Shown: positions 31,000 to 41,974 of the stretch, one piece after another
Numbering within the stretch: the stretch's first letter is position 1
How the letters are laid out: each line of letters starts with the position of its first letter
Source of the DNA: an uncultured Chloroflexia bacterium
GTDB lineage: Bacteria > Chloroflexota > Anaerolineae > JAAYZQ01
Assembly (NCBI GenBank): GCA_963700285.1
Contig: CAVOXA010000001.1
Location: 416,001 to 480,000 of the forward strand
Length of the DNA stretch: 64,000 nt
Direction: 5' to 3'
Notes under the pieces: model-generated
Databases searched by the model: none
Told to the model about the DNA's origin: nothing
What the model saw: the letters and a program-made list of their open reading frames with translations, nothing else
Position numbers and translations under genes: made by a program

Positions 31000-32290
31000 C
31001 TAGGGTCGCTTTGTTGACCGCGGCCGAGGTCGTGGCGGCTCAGGTTCGGGATCCCTGGGGCGTTCAGGCTCGGGCTCCTTGGTACGCTCAGGCTTGGCCG
31101 GCGGGGGCTCCTGTGGCATCCTGGTGAACTCGGGTTGTGGTGGCTTCGGTGTGTGCTCGGGCTGTCTGGTACGCGCGGGTGACTGGACACGGGTTGCGAC
31201 AGGCGTTCTGGTGTGCAGGCGCTGCCGCTGCGGCGTAGCAGAAGCGGTCGGCTGGTGTTCCAGACGCGGCCGCTCCCGAGGTGTAGTGGTCAGGCTTGGT
31301 ACGACCATGGGGCTTGTTGACTGTGGCCGTGGCGTACGTAGAGATCTTTGCAGCGACGGCGGTACAGGGGTGCTTGTCGGCTCCAGCTCCCCCTCTTGTT
31401 TGTCTGCCCGCCATACGGAGGTTGCAGTTGGCGTGCTCGAGGGAGTTGGCTCCGAGCCCGGGATGTCTTCCATCGTGGGTGAGGGAGTCTGCGTTGGAGA
31501 GGGGATGGGTGAGGGACCGGACTGAGGCGTCAGGGTCGCACCGGTATTCGGCCTTGGCCCAGCAGGTTCCACCACTGGCTCAACCTCGAGCCTCAGCGCC
31601 ACAAGCTCTCCATTGCCTTGCGCCTGAGCTCTTGACCTGTACCCGCTTCCTCAGCTCAGGCTCACCCAGAATCACGGTGTCCGAGTTCAAATAGACATAG
31701 AACTCCTCAACCTGCCAAAAGTCATCAGTTACCGCAGTCAGGCTGCCAGCGAACTCTACCTTTGTCTGGCGGCGCTGGTTCAAGACGTTCTGCGTTTCCT
31801 CGATTCGTTCCCAGAAAAAATCCTCGCGCAGTTGCTGCTTTGCCACAGGATCGATGGCCACCGAAATCTGAACCCACTCAACGGCACGTTTGATGGGATG
31901 GAGGAGGTCGCCTGGCAAGCTGTCGTCGGCAGCAGTGACGGATGCCCACCCGCCACTCAGCAACAACACAAGCACCATGACCAAGGCTGCCGCCCACCGG
32001 AAAACTGGTTGGACTGTCAGGTCGGCCCGGAGACGGTCGAACAGGACCAGTCGGGATGGCGCAGCAGCGGGCATGGCTTCCAGAGTGGCCAGCATCCTCT
32101 GCTTTTGAGCGGCTTTGACCTCGGGACGAGCATGGGGTACTGGGATACTGCGCAGGTCGTTGGACAGGGTCAAAAGAGCATGCAGCTCGGATGCCTGGGC
32201 CCCGTACTGGGCCAGGCAATCATCCAGGCTCCGCCCTGTCTCCATTTCGGACAGGCACTCGGCCAACGCGATTCCCAGACTACTCATCAT
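31000..32290 (-). CDS. Putative anti-sigma factor (TM, DUF5667-like, DUF5666-like, Pro/Thr-rich tail); one frameshift near 31625
   Basis: LAECL...SLDDCLAQY..ELHALL N-terminus, TM, SLPGDLLHPIKRAVE; continues as AQAQGNGELVALRLEVEP in ORF 31000-31602; overlaps the sigma gene stop. Confidence 0.75.
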
Positions 32291-32837
32291 AACATCCTTC
32301 GGTATCCAGTGCCTGTCGCAAGGCCTTGAGCGCGCGATGCTGGAGCACCTTTGTGGCATTCTCTGTTCTGTCTAAAACTCGGGCCGTCTCAGCATGGCTG
32401 AGTCCTTCAATGAAGCGGAGAAGGATCACCTGGCGGTAGGATTCAGTCAGGTGGCGCATCGCCCGGGCCAGACAGGCCTGCTCCAGTCGGTGTTCTGCTG
32501 TCTCGGCTGGGTTTGAGGGCGCAGCGATTACTTGCTCCTCCAAGGGTAGCATGTCGTTCCGCCCTGCTTGACGGTGATGGTCGGTCAGCAGATTGCGGGC
32601 GACAGTGTACAGCCAGGCCAAGATGGGCTGACCCCGGTAGGTATAGCCGGAAACCCTCTCCACCAGTCTCAGGAATACCTCACCAGCCAGGTCCTCGGCC
32701 AGCATCGGGTCACCGGACCGGTAGAACAGGTACGTATAGACGGCATCGTAATGCCGTTGGTAGATCTCGGCGAATGCTGCCGGCTCTCCCTTCTTGGCAG
32801 CCTGGATCAGCCGGGCTTCATCACTTGGCATGGGCAT
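32280..32837 (-). CDS. ECF RNA polymerase sigma factor
   Basis: AFAEIYQRH, AEDLAGEVF, AWLYTVARN and region 4 LSHAETA...KVLQHRAL. Confidence 0.93.
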   Translation of the reverse strand: MPMPSDEARLIQAAKKGEPAAFAEIYQRHYDAVYTYLFYRSGDPMLAEDLAGEVFLRLVERVSGYTYRGQPILAWLYTVARNLLTDHHRQAGRNDMLPLEEQVIAAPSNPAETAEHRLEQACLARAMRHLTESYRQVILLRFIEGLSHAETARVLDRTENATKVLQHRALKALRQALDTEGCYDE

Positions 32838-32851
32838 CCTGTTCGTTCGTT

Positions 32852-32877
32852 TAACGGGCTTCTGCCAAAAAGGTTAC
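32852..32877 (-). promoter_or_regulatory. Autoregulatory ECF promoter
   Basis: GTAAC-N16-CGTTA ending about 15 nt before the sigma start codon. Confidence 0.65.
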
Positions 32878-32982
32878 GTTGGGCACCATGGCAGAATGCT
32901 CTGAAAAATGCTGCGCGCAGGGCATTGTACCACACGACGCTGAAAAGGGCACAAAACAGGCTCCACACGCAAGAGTACTCAT

Positions 32983-33011
32983 TTGTTCAAGGAGTGATGT
33001 CGTGATATAAT
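32983..33011 (+). promoter_or_regulatory. sigma70 promoter of the SLC13 gene
   Basis: TTGTTC-N17-TATAAT with an extended TG. Confidence 0.55.
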
Positions 33012-33200
33012 TCTAGCGTGAGTCCTTGACTACTGCACAGGGATGAGCAACTGGATCTGATAGGGAGGGATTATGCCCAGGTTCGCAAGTATTTGCGGAA
33101 TTCGTGCTGGTCGTCCTGCAGTGTGTTGGCCGGCTTGTACCTTTGAAATCTTTGTCCCGGTTGAGATGTTTTGTTCAAGGTTCTCCCCAATGGTGCACAG

Positions 33201-34985
33201 ATGACAACGGAGATTGCCCTTACACTCACAATCATTGTTGCAGCGCTGACCCTCTTTGCCACTGAGAAGCTCCGGGTGGATTTGGTCGCGCTGATTGTTC
33301 TGTTGTCCGTTGGTCTGCTTGGCCTGATTAGCCCCGACAGGATCTTTGACGGCTTTGCGAATTCGGCCGTGGTCACCGTTTGGGCGGTCTATATCGTTTC
33401 CGGTGGGTTGTTCAGGACAGGGGTTGCCGATGCGATGGGCCGGGGCATTCTTCGGCTGGCAGGCGACAGGGAACCCAGACTCATCGCGACGATCATGGTG
33501 ACCTGTGGCGTGATCTCGGCTTTCATGAATAACGTCGGCGCTACGGCCATGCTCATGCCGGCCTTGATCGGCATCTCGCGCCGAACCAAGGTCGCGGTCT
33601 CCAAGCTCCTCATCCCGCTCTCGTTCTCGTCGCTGCTGGGTGGCGCGATGACCCTTATTGGTACACCCGCCAACATTCTGGCTATGGGTATTCTGGCCGA
33701 TCATGGGCTCCCGACGGTTGGGTTCTTTGGCTTTGTCCCGATGGGCATTGTTCTCCTGACGACAGGCGTCGTGTACATGGTTCTGATCGGACGCCACCTG
33801 CTGCCTGAGCGCCAGGGTGCGCAGGCCCGGCAGGATGTCTATCGCCTGAGAGAGTACGTAACAGAGGTGGGGATACCAGCCGAGAGCCCTCTTGCAGAAA
33901 AAACACTGTTGGAATCCCATCTTGGCAAGGACTATGACTTGACGGTGATGGCCCTCGAGCGCAACGGTGTGAGCCAGGCTCGAATCGGGAGAGATACCCG
34001 CATTCAGGCCGGCGATCTGCTCACGCTCAAAGGCTCGGCGGACAGCCTTATGGTGGCCCGGGAAGAACTGGGGCTGGCCATAGAGGCCGGAGGAAGCCTG
34101 GACATTGAGCGGTTGGAACCAGGGAGTGTTCAATTGATTGAGGCTACCCTGTCCCCGAATTCTGGTCTGGTGGGCCGCACCTTGCGAGGGGTACACTTTC
34201 GCGATCGCTATGGCTTCACCGCCCTGGCCCTTTGGCGGCATGGAGAGGCGATTGCCGAAAAGCTCCGCGATCTGCCGTTGCGTTTTGGGGATTCCCTACT
34301 GCTGCAGGGCCCGGGGCACCGGGTGTCGGATCTCCAGGAGGGCGGGGATTTCCTGGTGCTGGAACCACTCGAATTGGAGCAGCTTCGGCCCAAGAAGGCG
34401 CCCATCGCGATTGCTGCTTTGGTGATAGCTGTCCTGTTGGTCCTCTTCGCAGACTTTAACATTTCGATGGCGATGGTAATGGCGGCGGTGGCCATGGTTC
34501 TAACCGGCTGCCTCTCCATCGAGGAGGCACACGAGAGCATTGACTGGAGGACCGTGTTCCTGGTTGCAGGCATGCTGCCTCTTGGCATGGCCATGGAAGA
34601 GACAGGCACAGCACAGTACCTGGCCGACATCATGGTCAATACCTTGGGCGATTTCGGACCTCTCGCACTGCTTGGCGGGATATACTTGCTGGCGGCGCTC
34701 ATCACCCAGGCCATGTCCAACGCGGCCGCTATTGTGCTCATCGTTCCCATTGCCTTGGATACTGCTCTGGGATTGGGCGCCAATCACCTCACATTCACGA
34801 TGGCCACGGTGATTGGTGCGGCTACCAGTTTTCTGTCGCCTGTCGGGCACAAAGCCAATGTACTGGTCTTTGGCCCGGGAGGCTACCGCTTCTTTGACTA
34901 TACGCGGGTGGGTGCGCTGCTTACGGTTGGCCTGCTCATCGTTTCCATGATCTTTCTCCCCATCTTCTGGCCACTCTTTCCATAG
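33201..34985 (+). CDS. SLC13/CitM-family anion permease with two TrkA-C domains
   Basis: SAFMNNVGA, TLIGTPANIL, central RCK-C repeats, MSNAAA and FGPGGYRFFDY. Confidence 0.9.
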   Translation: MTTEIALTLTIIVAALTLFATEKLRVDLVALIVLLSVGLLGLISPDRIFDGFANSAVVTVWAVYIVSGGLFRTGVADAMGRGILRLAGDREPRLIATIMVTCGVISAFMNNVGATAMLMPALIGISRRTKVAVSKLLIPLSFSSLLGGAMTLIGTPANILAMGILADHGLPTVGFFGFVPMGIVLLTTGVVYMVLIGRHLLPERQGAQARQDVYRLREYVTEVGIPAESPLAEKTLLESHLGKDYDLTVMALERNGVSQARIGRDTRIQAGDLLTLKGSADSLMVAREELGLAIEAGGSLDIERLEPGSVQLIEATLSPNSGLVGRTLRGVHFRDRYGFTALALWRHGEAIAEKLRDLPLRFGDSLLLQGPGHRVSDLQEGGDFLVLEPLELEQLRPKKAPIAIAALVIAVLLVLFADFNISMAMVMAAVAMVLTGCLSIEEAHESIDWRTVFLVAGMLPLGMAMEETGTAQYLADIMVNTLGDFGPLALLGGIYLLAALITQAMSNAAAIVLIVPIALDTALGLGANHLTFTMATVIGAATSFLSPVGHKANVLVFGPGGYRFFDYTRVGALLTVGLLIVSMIFLPIFWPLFP

Positions 34986-35236
34986 ATCTGACACTAGCGT
35001 GAAATAATCGCTGGGCTCTGCTAGAATATCTTGGCCGCGGTTATTTCTGGAAAACTACTCTTGACCTGGGGTCGTGGGCAGTGTGCTTGGGGCCCACTGC
35101 TGCACGGCAGGAACACGTACAGTTATTTGGAAATCTCCAACGAATCTCCATGTGGCGCTGTCATGGTGGGTGGTCGTATTTCTTGAGCTGCGCCGGCCTG
35201 TTACAGGAGTAGGCAGACCAGGGTTTTCTTCCAAAA

Positions 35237-35291
35237 CTGCACACAACCTCCAGGAATCCTCCACGAAATCTCCATGCTTTTCTACTACAAT
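35237..35291 (+). promoter_or_regulatory. Phased direct-repeat operator plus -10 box
   Basis: CTGCA/CTCCA/CTCCA/CTCCA at 35237, 35248, 35259 and 35270, N11, TACAAT; an extra CTCCA pair at 35135/35146. Confidence 0.75.
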
Positions 35292-35352
35292 GGCATCTAC
35301 AATACCGAGCAAGCGCCTGTGAGCGTGTATCCGCAGAAAAGGAATGGAGGAA

Positions 35353-36051
35353 ATGATGCAGCGATTTTGGAAGATGGCAGGGATCGCGACGCTAGTCGTG
35401 ATGCTGGGGGTGGCCGTGCTTGGCGTTGCGGCCTATGCGCAGGATGACGGAGGGACACCCTTTGATTTCGGCGCAAGATTCAAGGAGGCAGTCGCCAAAG
35501 CTCTAGGCGTAACCGTCGACGAGTACGACGCAGCGGTAGAGCAAGCCCACGAACAGGTCATCGATGAGGCCGTGACCGAAGGTTGGCTGACCGAGGACCA
35601 AGCCCAGCGGATGCAGGAACAGATGGACAAGGCCCCTGGTGACCGGGGTCGGGGCAAGGGCTTCATGCGACGAGGCGACGGCTTCTTGGGACGCCGTGGG
35701 GATTCGCCCATCAACGCAGCGGCAGAAGCGCTGGACATGACCGTCAGTGACCTGATGGCCGAGATCCAGGGTGGCAAGAGCATCGCTGACGTGGCCACGG
35801 AGAAGGGTGTGGACCTCCAGGTTATCATCGACGCCTATCTGAAGCAGGTTGGGGAGACCCTGGACCAGGCGGTGCAGGATGGCAGGATCACCCAGGATCA
35901 GGCCGACTTGATGTTGGAACAGGCTGGGAAGCGGGTGCCTGAGATGTTGAACAACACCTGGGAAGGCCGGGGGCCGGGTCGTTTTCCGCCGGGTGGCTTT
36001 CCGGGCGGTCATCCAGGACACATGGGCTATCCAGGCACGAGTGACGCCTAG
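35353..36051 (+). CDS. Exported helical-repeat hypothetical protein
   Basis: GGAGG RBS, signal peptide, repeats AKALGVTVDE/AEALDMTVSDL and AVTEGWLTEDQA/AVQDGRITQDQA, Gly-rich linkers. Confidence 0.8.
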   Translation: MMQRFWKMAGIATLVVMLGVAVLGVAAYAQDDGGTPFDFGARFKEAVAKALGVTVDEYDAAVEQAHEQVIDEAVTEGWLTEDQAQRMQEQMDKAPGDRGRGKGFMRRGDGFLGRRGDSPINAAAEALDMTVSDLMAEIQGGKSIADVATEKGVDLQVIIDAYLKQVGETLDQAVQDGRITQDQADLMLEQAGKRVPEMLNNTWEGRGPGRFPPGGFPGGHPGHMGYPGTSDA

Positions 36052-36262
36052 TCGCAGGAGCATAACGGCTGAGTGGTTTTTGGGGCAGGCGTGCGTAGGG
36101 AAGCGGGTCTGTGCCTCCATCGGGGGCTGACGATCGAGAAAGGTAGACATTACTGCCCGAGAATAACCTAGATATCACCGATTCGCGAGCACGGGCGAGG
36201 GGTCTCTCAACAGACGTGAACAGGGGCGCCTTCGCTCTCTCTTTGGACAGGCGCTCACAAAA

Positions 36263-36317
36263 CTGCACCGTCTTTCCACCAGATCTCCATCAAATCTCCA
36301 CATCTTTGTGCTATCAT
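36263..36317 (+). promoter_or_regulatory. Phased direct-repeat operator plus -10 box
   Basis: CTGCA/TTCCA/CTCCA/CTCCA at 36263, 36274, 36285 and 36296, N11, TATCAT. Confidence 0.75.
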
Positions 36318-36450
36318 TATCATAGGGACGGTCACTTGGAGCTGATCGATCAACGATGACAGAGTAGGAGAAAGGTCCCTGTGTTTCGTGATAGTCTGTC
36401 GTGGTGAGCTAGCAGAGATCACCGAGCACCAACCAGTGAGTGTGTGATCG

Positions 36451-39368
36451 ATGCCTGGTCTGGCCTCGATCTTGTCTCCTGTTCTCCCTGGCTGCCCGGC
36501 GGCTGTGGAACCAGCGCCTGTTGATGCTCTGTCTGCTACTGGGCCTGGTGGCGGCTGTTGGCCTGTTGTCCAGCATTCCCCTCTATGCCGACGCGGCGCA
36601 GAACCGGCTCCTCCAGGGTGAGTTGGAGAATGCCGATAGCGCATCTGAGACGGAAGCGACGATGGCTCGCCCGCCCTTTTCCTTTCTGTGGCGCTATATC
36701 GGCGCCTGGCATGGCAACGTCACCTGGGAGGAGTACGGGCCGGTCGACGCCTATCTGACCGAGCAGGCACCGACCATCATCGATCTGCCCGCTCGAAACG
36801 CAGGTACGCCACGTCGCCACCGACAAGATGCGCCTCTTCCCCAGCGAGGATGCCGCCTTTGTCCCCGACGAGCCGCTGCTGTGGGCCAGCTTGGGCTTTG
36901 TCAGCGACCTGGAGGCGCACATCCAGCTCGTGGAAGGCGAGTTCCCGGAGGCCATCAATACTGGGCCCGCCGAGGGCGCGCCCGGTGATGTAGTTGAGGT
37001 CCTGGTCAGCCGCAAGACGGCCGATCTACTGGGCTTGCAGGTGGGCGAGCTCTATACCCTGTTTGCCACGGGCCAGGTCGGGGCGCAGATCCCGGTGCGC
37101 ATCGCCGGCGTCTGGCAGGCGGGTGATACGAGCGATCCTTTCTGGTTCTACCAGCCTGATGCCTTTGACGAGATGCTGCTGACGTCCGAAAGCGCCTTCG
37201 TGGACCAGGTCGTGCCCACGCTGGAGGCACCCGTAGCGACGGCCGTCTGGTACCAGATCTACGACGGCAGCCGCGTCCGGCCGGCCACCGTAAACGGGCT
37301 CTTGGAAAACGTCGCCGTCGTCGAGGCCCGCGTCACCGTCCTGCTCAACAACACCACCCTCGACGTTTCCCCCGTGCCGGCCCTGCAGAGCTATGGCAAA
37401 TCGGCCAGCCTGCTGACCCTGGTGCTGACCATCTTTAGCCTGCCGGTCATCGGCCTGGTCGCCTATTTCATCAGCCTGATCGCGGGCATGGTCGTGCGGC
37501 GCGGCCAGAGCGAGATCGCCATCATGCGCAGCCGGGGCATCAGCCGGCGCAAGATCGTCAACCTCTACCTGCTGGAGGGCCTGCTGCTCGGCGGCCTGGG
37601 CCTGGCCGGCGGGCTGCTGCTGGGCCGCTGGATGGCCCAACTGATGAGCCGCACCCACACCTTTCTCGACCCGGCCATTCTGACGGGCTAGCGGCGGCGA
37701 ACCGATGGCCATCGTCTTTACGCCCACCTCTCTGGCCTATGCCCTGGTGGGCGTCGCCTTGACGCTTGTTGCCCTCCTGATCCCGGCCCTGATCGTGGCC
37801 CAACACTCCATCGTCACCCTGCGCTGGGAGCAGGCGCGGTCGCTGCTGGCCCCGGTGTGGCAGCGCTACTTTCTGGATCTCATTCTGTTGGTGCCGCCTC
37901 TTTACGGTTGGTACCAACTGGCCAAGCAGGGCACGATCACCCTGGGTTCGGGCGGCAACGATCCCTTTTCCAATCCGCTGCTCTTTCTGGTGCCGGTGCT
38001 TTTCTGTTTCTCGCTCGGCCTGCTTTTCCTGCGTTTCTTCCCGCTGCTGATGAAGCTCCTGGCCAGGCTGGCAGCCTGGCTGCCAGGCACGACGCTGCTG
38101 CTCACGCTGCGCCAACTGGCCCGCTCCACCACGCAATACGCCGGGCCGCTGCTGCTGCTCACCCTGACGGTCAGCCTGGCCACCTTTACCGCCTCGATGG
38201 CGGTCACCCTGGACGAGCACCTGTGGGACCAGGTGTACTACCAGGTCGGCGCCGACCTGAACCTGGCCGAGCTGGGCGAAAGCACCGAGGAGACGGAGAC
38301 GGTCACGCTGCCGGGCCAGGAGACGACGACCGAGCAAACTTCGGCAGGACGAGCCGCTCTGGCTCTTTCTGCCCGTCAGCGAGCACCTGGATGTGGCCGG
38401 CGTCAAGGCCGCGGCCCGCGTGGGCGATTACAGCGCCACGGCCAACATCGGCGGCCGCCAGCAGGCGGGGCAGATCCTGGGCATCGACCGGGTCGACTTT
38501 CCGGGAGTAGCCTTTTTCCGGCCCGATTTTGCCTACAACGAGTCGTTGGGCGAGCTGATGAACCGGCTGGCCGTGGCTTCGGACGGCATCCTGGTGAGCA
38601 GCAGTTTCCTGACGCAGCAGGGGTTGACTGTGGGCGATCCGCTGCGACTGACGGTCGGTGCGGCCGGCGACTATGCCGAGGTGTCGTTCACCATCGTCGG
38701 CTCGCTGGGCCTGTTCCCTACCCTCTACCCCCAGGACGGTCCCTTCTTTGTCGCCAACCTGGACCACATCCACAACGCCCTGGGGGGCACCTATCCCTAC
38801 GACGTCTGGCTGGCGACAGATCGCCTCTGCCGACAGCGATGCGATCGTGGAGGGGGTGCGCGACCTGGGGCTGGTCGTCGTCACTGCCCGCGACGCCCGG
38901 GAGACCATCGCCGCCGAGCAGACGCGCCCCGAGCGGCAGGGGCTGTTTGGCCTGCTGTCGGTCGGATTCATCGCTGCCGCCGTGCTGACGGTCATCGGCT
39001 TTCTGGTCTACGCTGTTGTCTCGTTCCAGCGCCGCTTCATCGAGCTGGGCATGTTACGCGCCATCGGCCTCTCGACGCGGCAGATGGCCGCCTACCTGGC
39101 AGGAGAGCTGGCGGTCCTGATCCTGACCGGCGTGACCCTGGGTGCGGGGTTGGGCGTCTGGGCCAGTACCCTGTTCATCCCCTACTTCCAGGTCGGCAGC
39201 GACAAGACGGCCCAGGTGCCGCCCTTTGTCGTCCAGGTGGCCTGGCAGCAGTTGGGCGTGATCCTCATCATTTTTGGGGCGATGTTCGTCGTAGCTGTCG
39301 CCGTTCTGGCCGTTCTGCTCACCCGTATGAGGGTCTTTGAGGCGGTGAAACTCGGCGAAACCGTCTGA
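36451..39368 (+). CDS. FtsX/MacB-type ABC permease, broken by about 5 frameshifts
   Basis: Consecutive ORF pieces give LLSSIPLYADA, EIAIMRSRG, WQRYFLDL, YYQVGADL and ELGMLRAIGLS. Confidence 0.8.
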
Positions 39369-39405
39369 TGGTTGGGCAATCTGCCCTACGACATTGAGGT
39401 GTTCT

Positions 39406-40960
39406 ATGAATCGAATCAACCAATGCACTAGCCAGACCATCTACCTGCTCGGCGTGCTGAGCCTTTTGCTCGCTCTGGTGACCGGCTGTGGATCGGCCGA
39501 ATCACCGAGCGCTCCTGCCAACGAGGCCACGCCCACGCCCCTGCCGACGCCCATCATCCCCGAAAAGCCGATCTACACGGTCCAGGTTGGTACGGTTGTG
39601 CAGACCCTTGAATTCACTGGCCGTGCTTCCCCCGTATTGGAGCAGGAGTTGTTTTTCGAGACGAGCGGTAACGTCGGCAATGTGTTCGTGGCGCGGGGCG
39701 ATTGGGTACAGGCTGGTGACGTGTTAGCCGAGCAGGACATCGAAGAACTGCAGAAACAATTGTCGCAGAAACAGCTGTCCCTGGAAACCGCCCAACTCAA
39801 GTTCGAGCAGGCTCAGATCGATGCTACCGAAGCGATCACCACCTCTCTGATGAAATTGGAGGACAGCGCAGGCCGACCTGGAGAACGCTAGAACCACGTC
39901 GGTCAATGACGTGGCGGACGCTAGGGCAGCCGTTGCGAGCGCCGAGACCAGCCTGGCCAACGCCAGGCTGAACCAAACCATCGTGCAAAAGAGCGATACC
40001 GTTTCCAAGAACGTGCGCGATCGGGAGAACGAGGCCGCCTGGTTTGAAGCATTCTATGGCGAGTGCCTGAAAAAGTATGAGGCGGGCCAGATGGACAAAG
40101 ACCGCCTGGACCTGGAGTGGAACAACTTGCTTGCAGCCAAGGATAACCTCGACGAGGCCCGGGCTCAGGCGCAATTGGCCCTCAGCCAGGCGGAAGCCCA
40201 GGTCGCCCAGGCGGAAGAATCCCTGCGCCAGGCCAAGGTCAAGGTCGCCGAGCTGCAAGGCCAGCAGATGGTGTCTGATGCCGAGACGACGCTGCAACAG
40301 GCGGAACTGGAATACGAGAAGGCGATGGCCGATGCGGATCCGGAGTCGTACAACATGAGGTTGCTGGCGCTGGAACGGGAGCAAGCCCAGTTGGACATTC
40401 AAGATCTCCAGGATCAGATTGCTAGTGCCCAGCTCGTCGCCCCCTTTGCGGGCCAGATCCTGTCGCTGAACGTCAAAGCTGGCGACGCGGTCGAGGCCTA
40501 TGACGCCGTCGGCGTGCTGGCCGATCCCAACGCGCTGGAGATCACGGCCGAGCTGGGCAGCGAGGAGTTGAGCCAGATGGCCCTGAACCAGGAGGCGGTG
40601 ATCACGCTGCGCGACCGCCCCGGCGAGACGTTCAACGGGGTCGTGCGCCAGTTGCCCTATCCCTACGGTGGCACGACACTTGATACCGGCGACGACACCG
40701 CCGTCCACGTTGCCATCGACGGTGAAGCGGACATGACATTGGGCGAGCTGGCGACGGTGAGCATTGTCCTCCAGGAAAAGGAGAACGTGCTGTGGTTGCC
40801 ACCGGCGGCTATCCGCACCTACCAGGGGCGCGACTTTGTCGTCGTCCAGCTTGACGCCGGCTCCCAGAAGCGGGTCGACGTGCTGTTGGGCATTGCCACC
40901 GACGAGCGGGTTGAGATCGCTGCTGGGCTGGAAGAGGGGCAGACAATTGTCGGGGAGTGA
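39406..40960 (+). CDS. Membrane fusion (HlyD/RND adaptor) lipoprotein; frameshift near 39870
   Basis: LVTGC lipobox, lipoyl half motifs (VARGDWVQAGDVLA; LVAPFAGQI), coiled coil, GLEEGQTIVGE. Confidence 0.85.
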
Positions 40961-41955
40961 TGGAACCATTTATCCTTTGTGAGAACCTGGTCAAAATCTA
41001 CAAGCTTTCCGGCCTGGAGGTCGTGGCGCTGCAAGGGCTGAACCTAGCTGTACAGCCGGGCGAGCTGATGGGCATCGTCGGCGCCTCGGGATCGGGCAAG
41101 AGTACACTGCTCAACATCCTGGGTGGCTTGGACCGCCCTTCGGCTGGCCAGGTGATGATCAACGGCCGCGATCTGCTCAAGGCGTCGGCCAGCTCCCTGG
41201 ACGAATATCGCCGTACCGAGGTGGGCTTTGTGTGGCAGCAGACGGCCCGCAACCTGATCCCCTACCTCAGCGCCCAGGCCAACGTCGAATTGCCAATGAC
41301 CATCGAGGGGGTAGGGAGCCGCGAAAGACATGCCTGGTCCCGGGAACTGCTTGAGACCGTGGGTCTTTGGGAGCATCATAAACACCGCCTGGCCCAGTTA
41401 TCCGGAGGGCAGCAACAGCGGGTTGCCATTGCCGTTGCCCTGGCAAACCGCCCCAAGCTGCTGTTGGGCGATGAGCCGACCGGCGAGGTTGATTCGGGCA
41501 CGGCCCAGGAGATCCTGGCCCTGTTCCGGCAGATGAACGAGCAGTATGGCCTGACGACCATCATCGTCACCCACGATCCACAGGTTGCCAGGGCGGTGGA
41601 CCGCGTAGTGACCATCCGCGACGGCAGTACCAGCAGCGAGACGGTTCGCCGCGTGGCGGATGTGGAGGCTGCCCTGGCGCAGGGTGCGTCGTCGTCGCAC
41701 ATCTACGACGAGTTTGTGGTCGTCGATGGCGCAGGCCGGCTTCAGATCCCACCTGACCTGCGCGCGGAGATGAGTATCGGCGACCGGGTGACGCTGGAAC
41801 GGACCGATGGTGGCATCCTGATCCAGCCCGTAGCGGGAGCAGGGCCGGCTGTTCTGCCTGACAACCAGGTCTCCGACGTGACAGAAGATGAGCAGCTACC
41901 TTCCCGCCACACAAAGTTGGGGGGCTGGTTGAGCCGTACAAGACATAAGATCTGA
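40960..41955 (+). CDS. ABC ATP-binding protein with C-terminal AbrB/SpoVT-like domain
   Basis: [24 protein letters not shown]; tail VVDGAGRLQIPPDLRAEMSIGDRVTLE. Confidence 0.9.
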   Translation: MEPFILCENLVKIYKLSGLEVVALQGLNLAVQPGELMGIVGASGSGKSTLLNILGGLDRPSAGQVMINGRDLLKASASSLDEYRRTEVGFVWQQTARNLIPYLSAQANVELPMTIEGVGSRERHAWSRELLETVGLWEHHKHRLAQLSGGQQQRVAIAVALANRPKLLLGDEPTGEVDSGTAQEILALFRQMNEQYGLTTIIVTHDPQVARAVDRVVTIRDGSTSSETVRRVADVEAALAQGASSSHIYDEFVVVDGAGRLQIPPDLRAEMSIGDRVTLERTDGGILIQPVAGAGPAVLPDNQVSDVTEDEQLPSRHTKLGGWLSRTRHKI

Positions 41956-41974
41956 AACATGTGGAGGTGAACGA

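Noticed and set aside
35237-36317. Repeat arrays as CRISPR or tandem repeats
   Set aside because: The units are 5 bp at an 11-bp period next to -10 boxes; there is no repeat-spacer structure and no cas gene.
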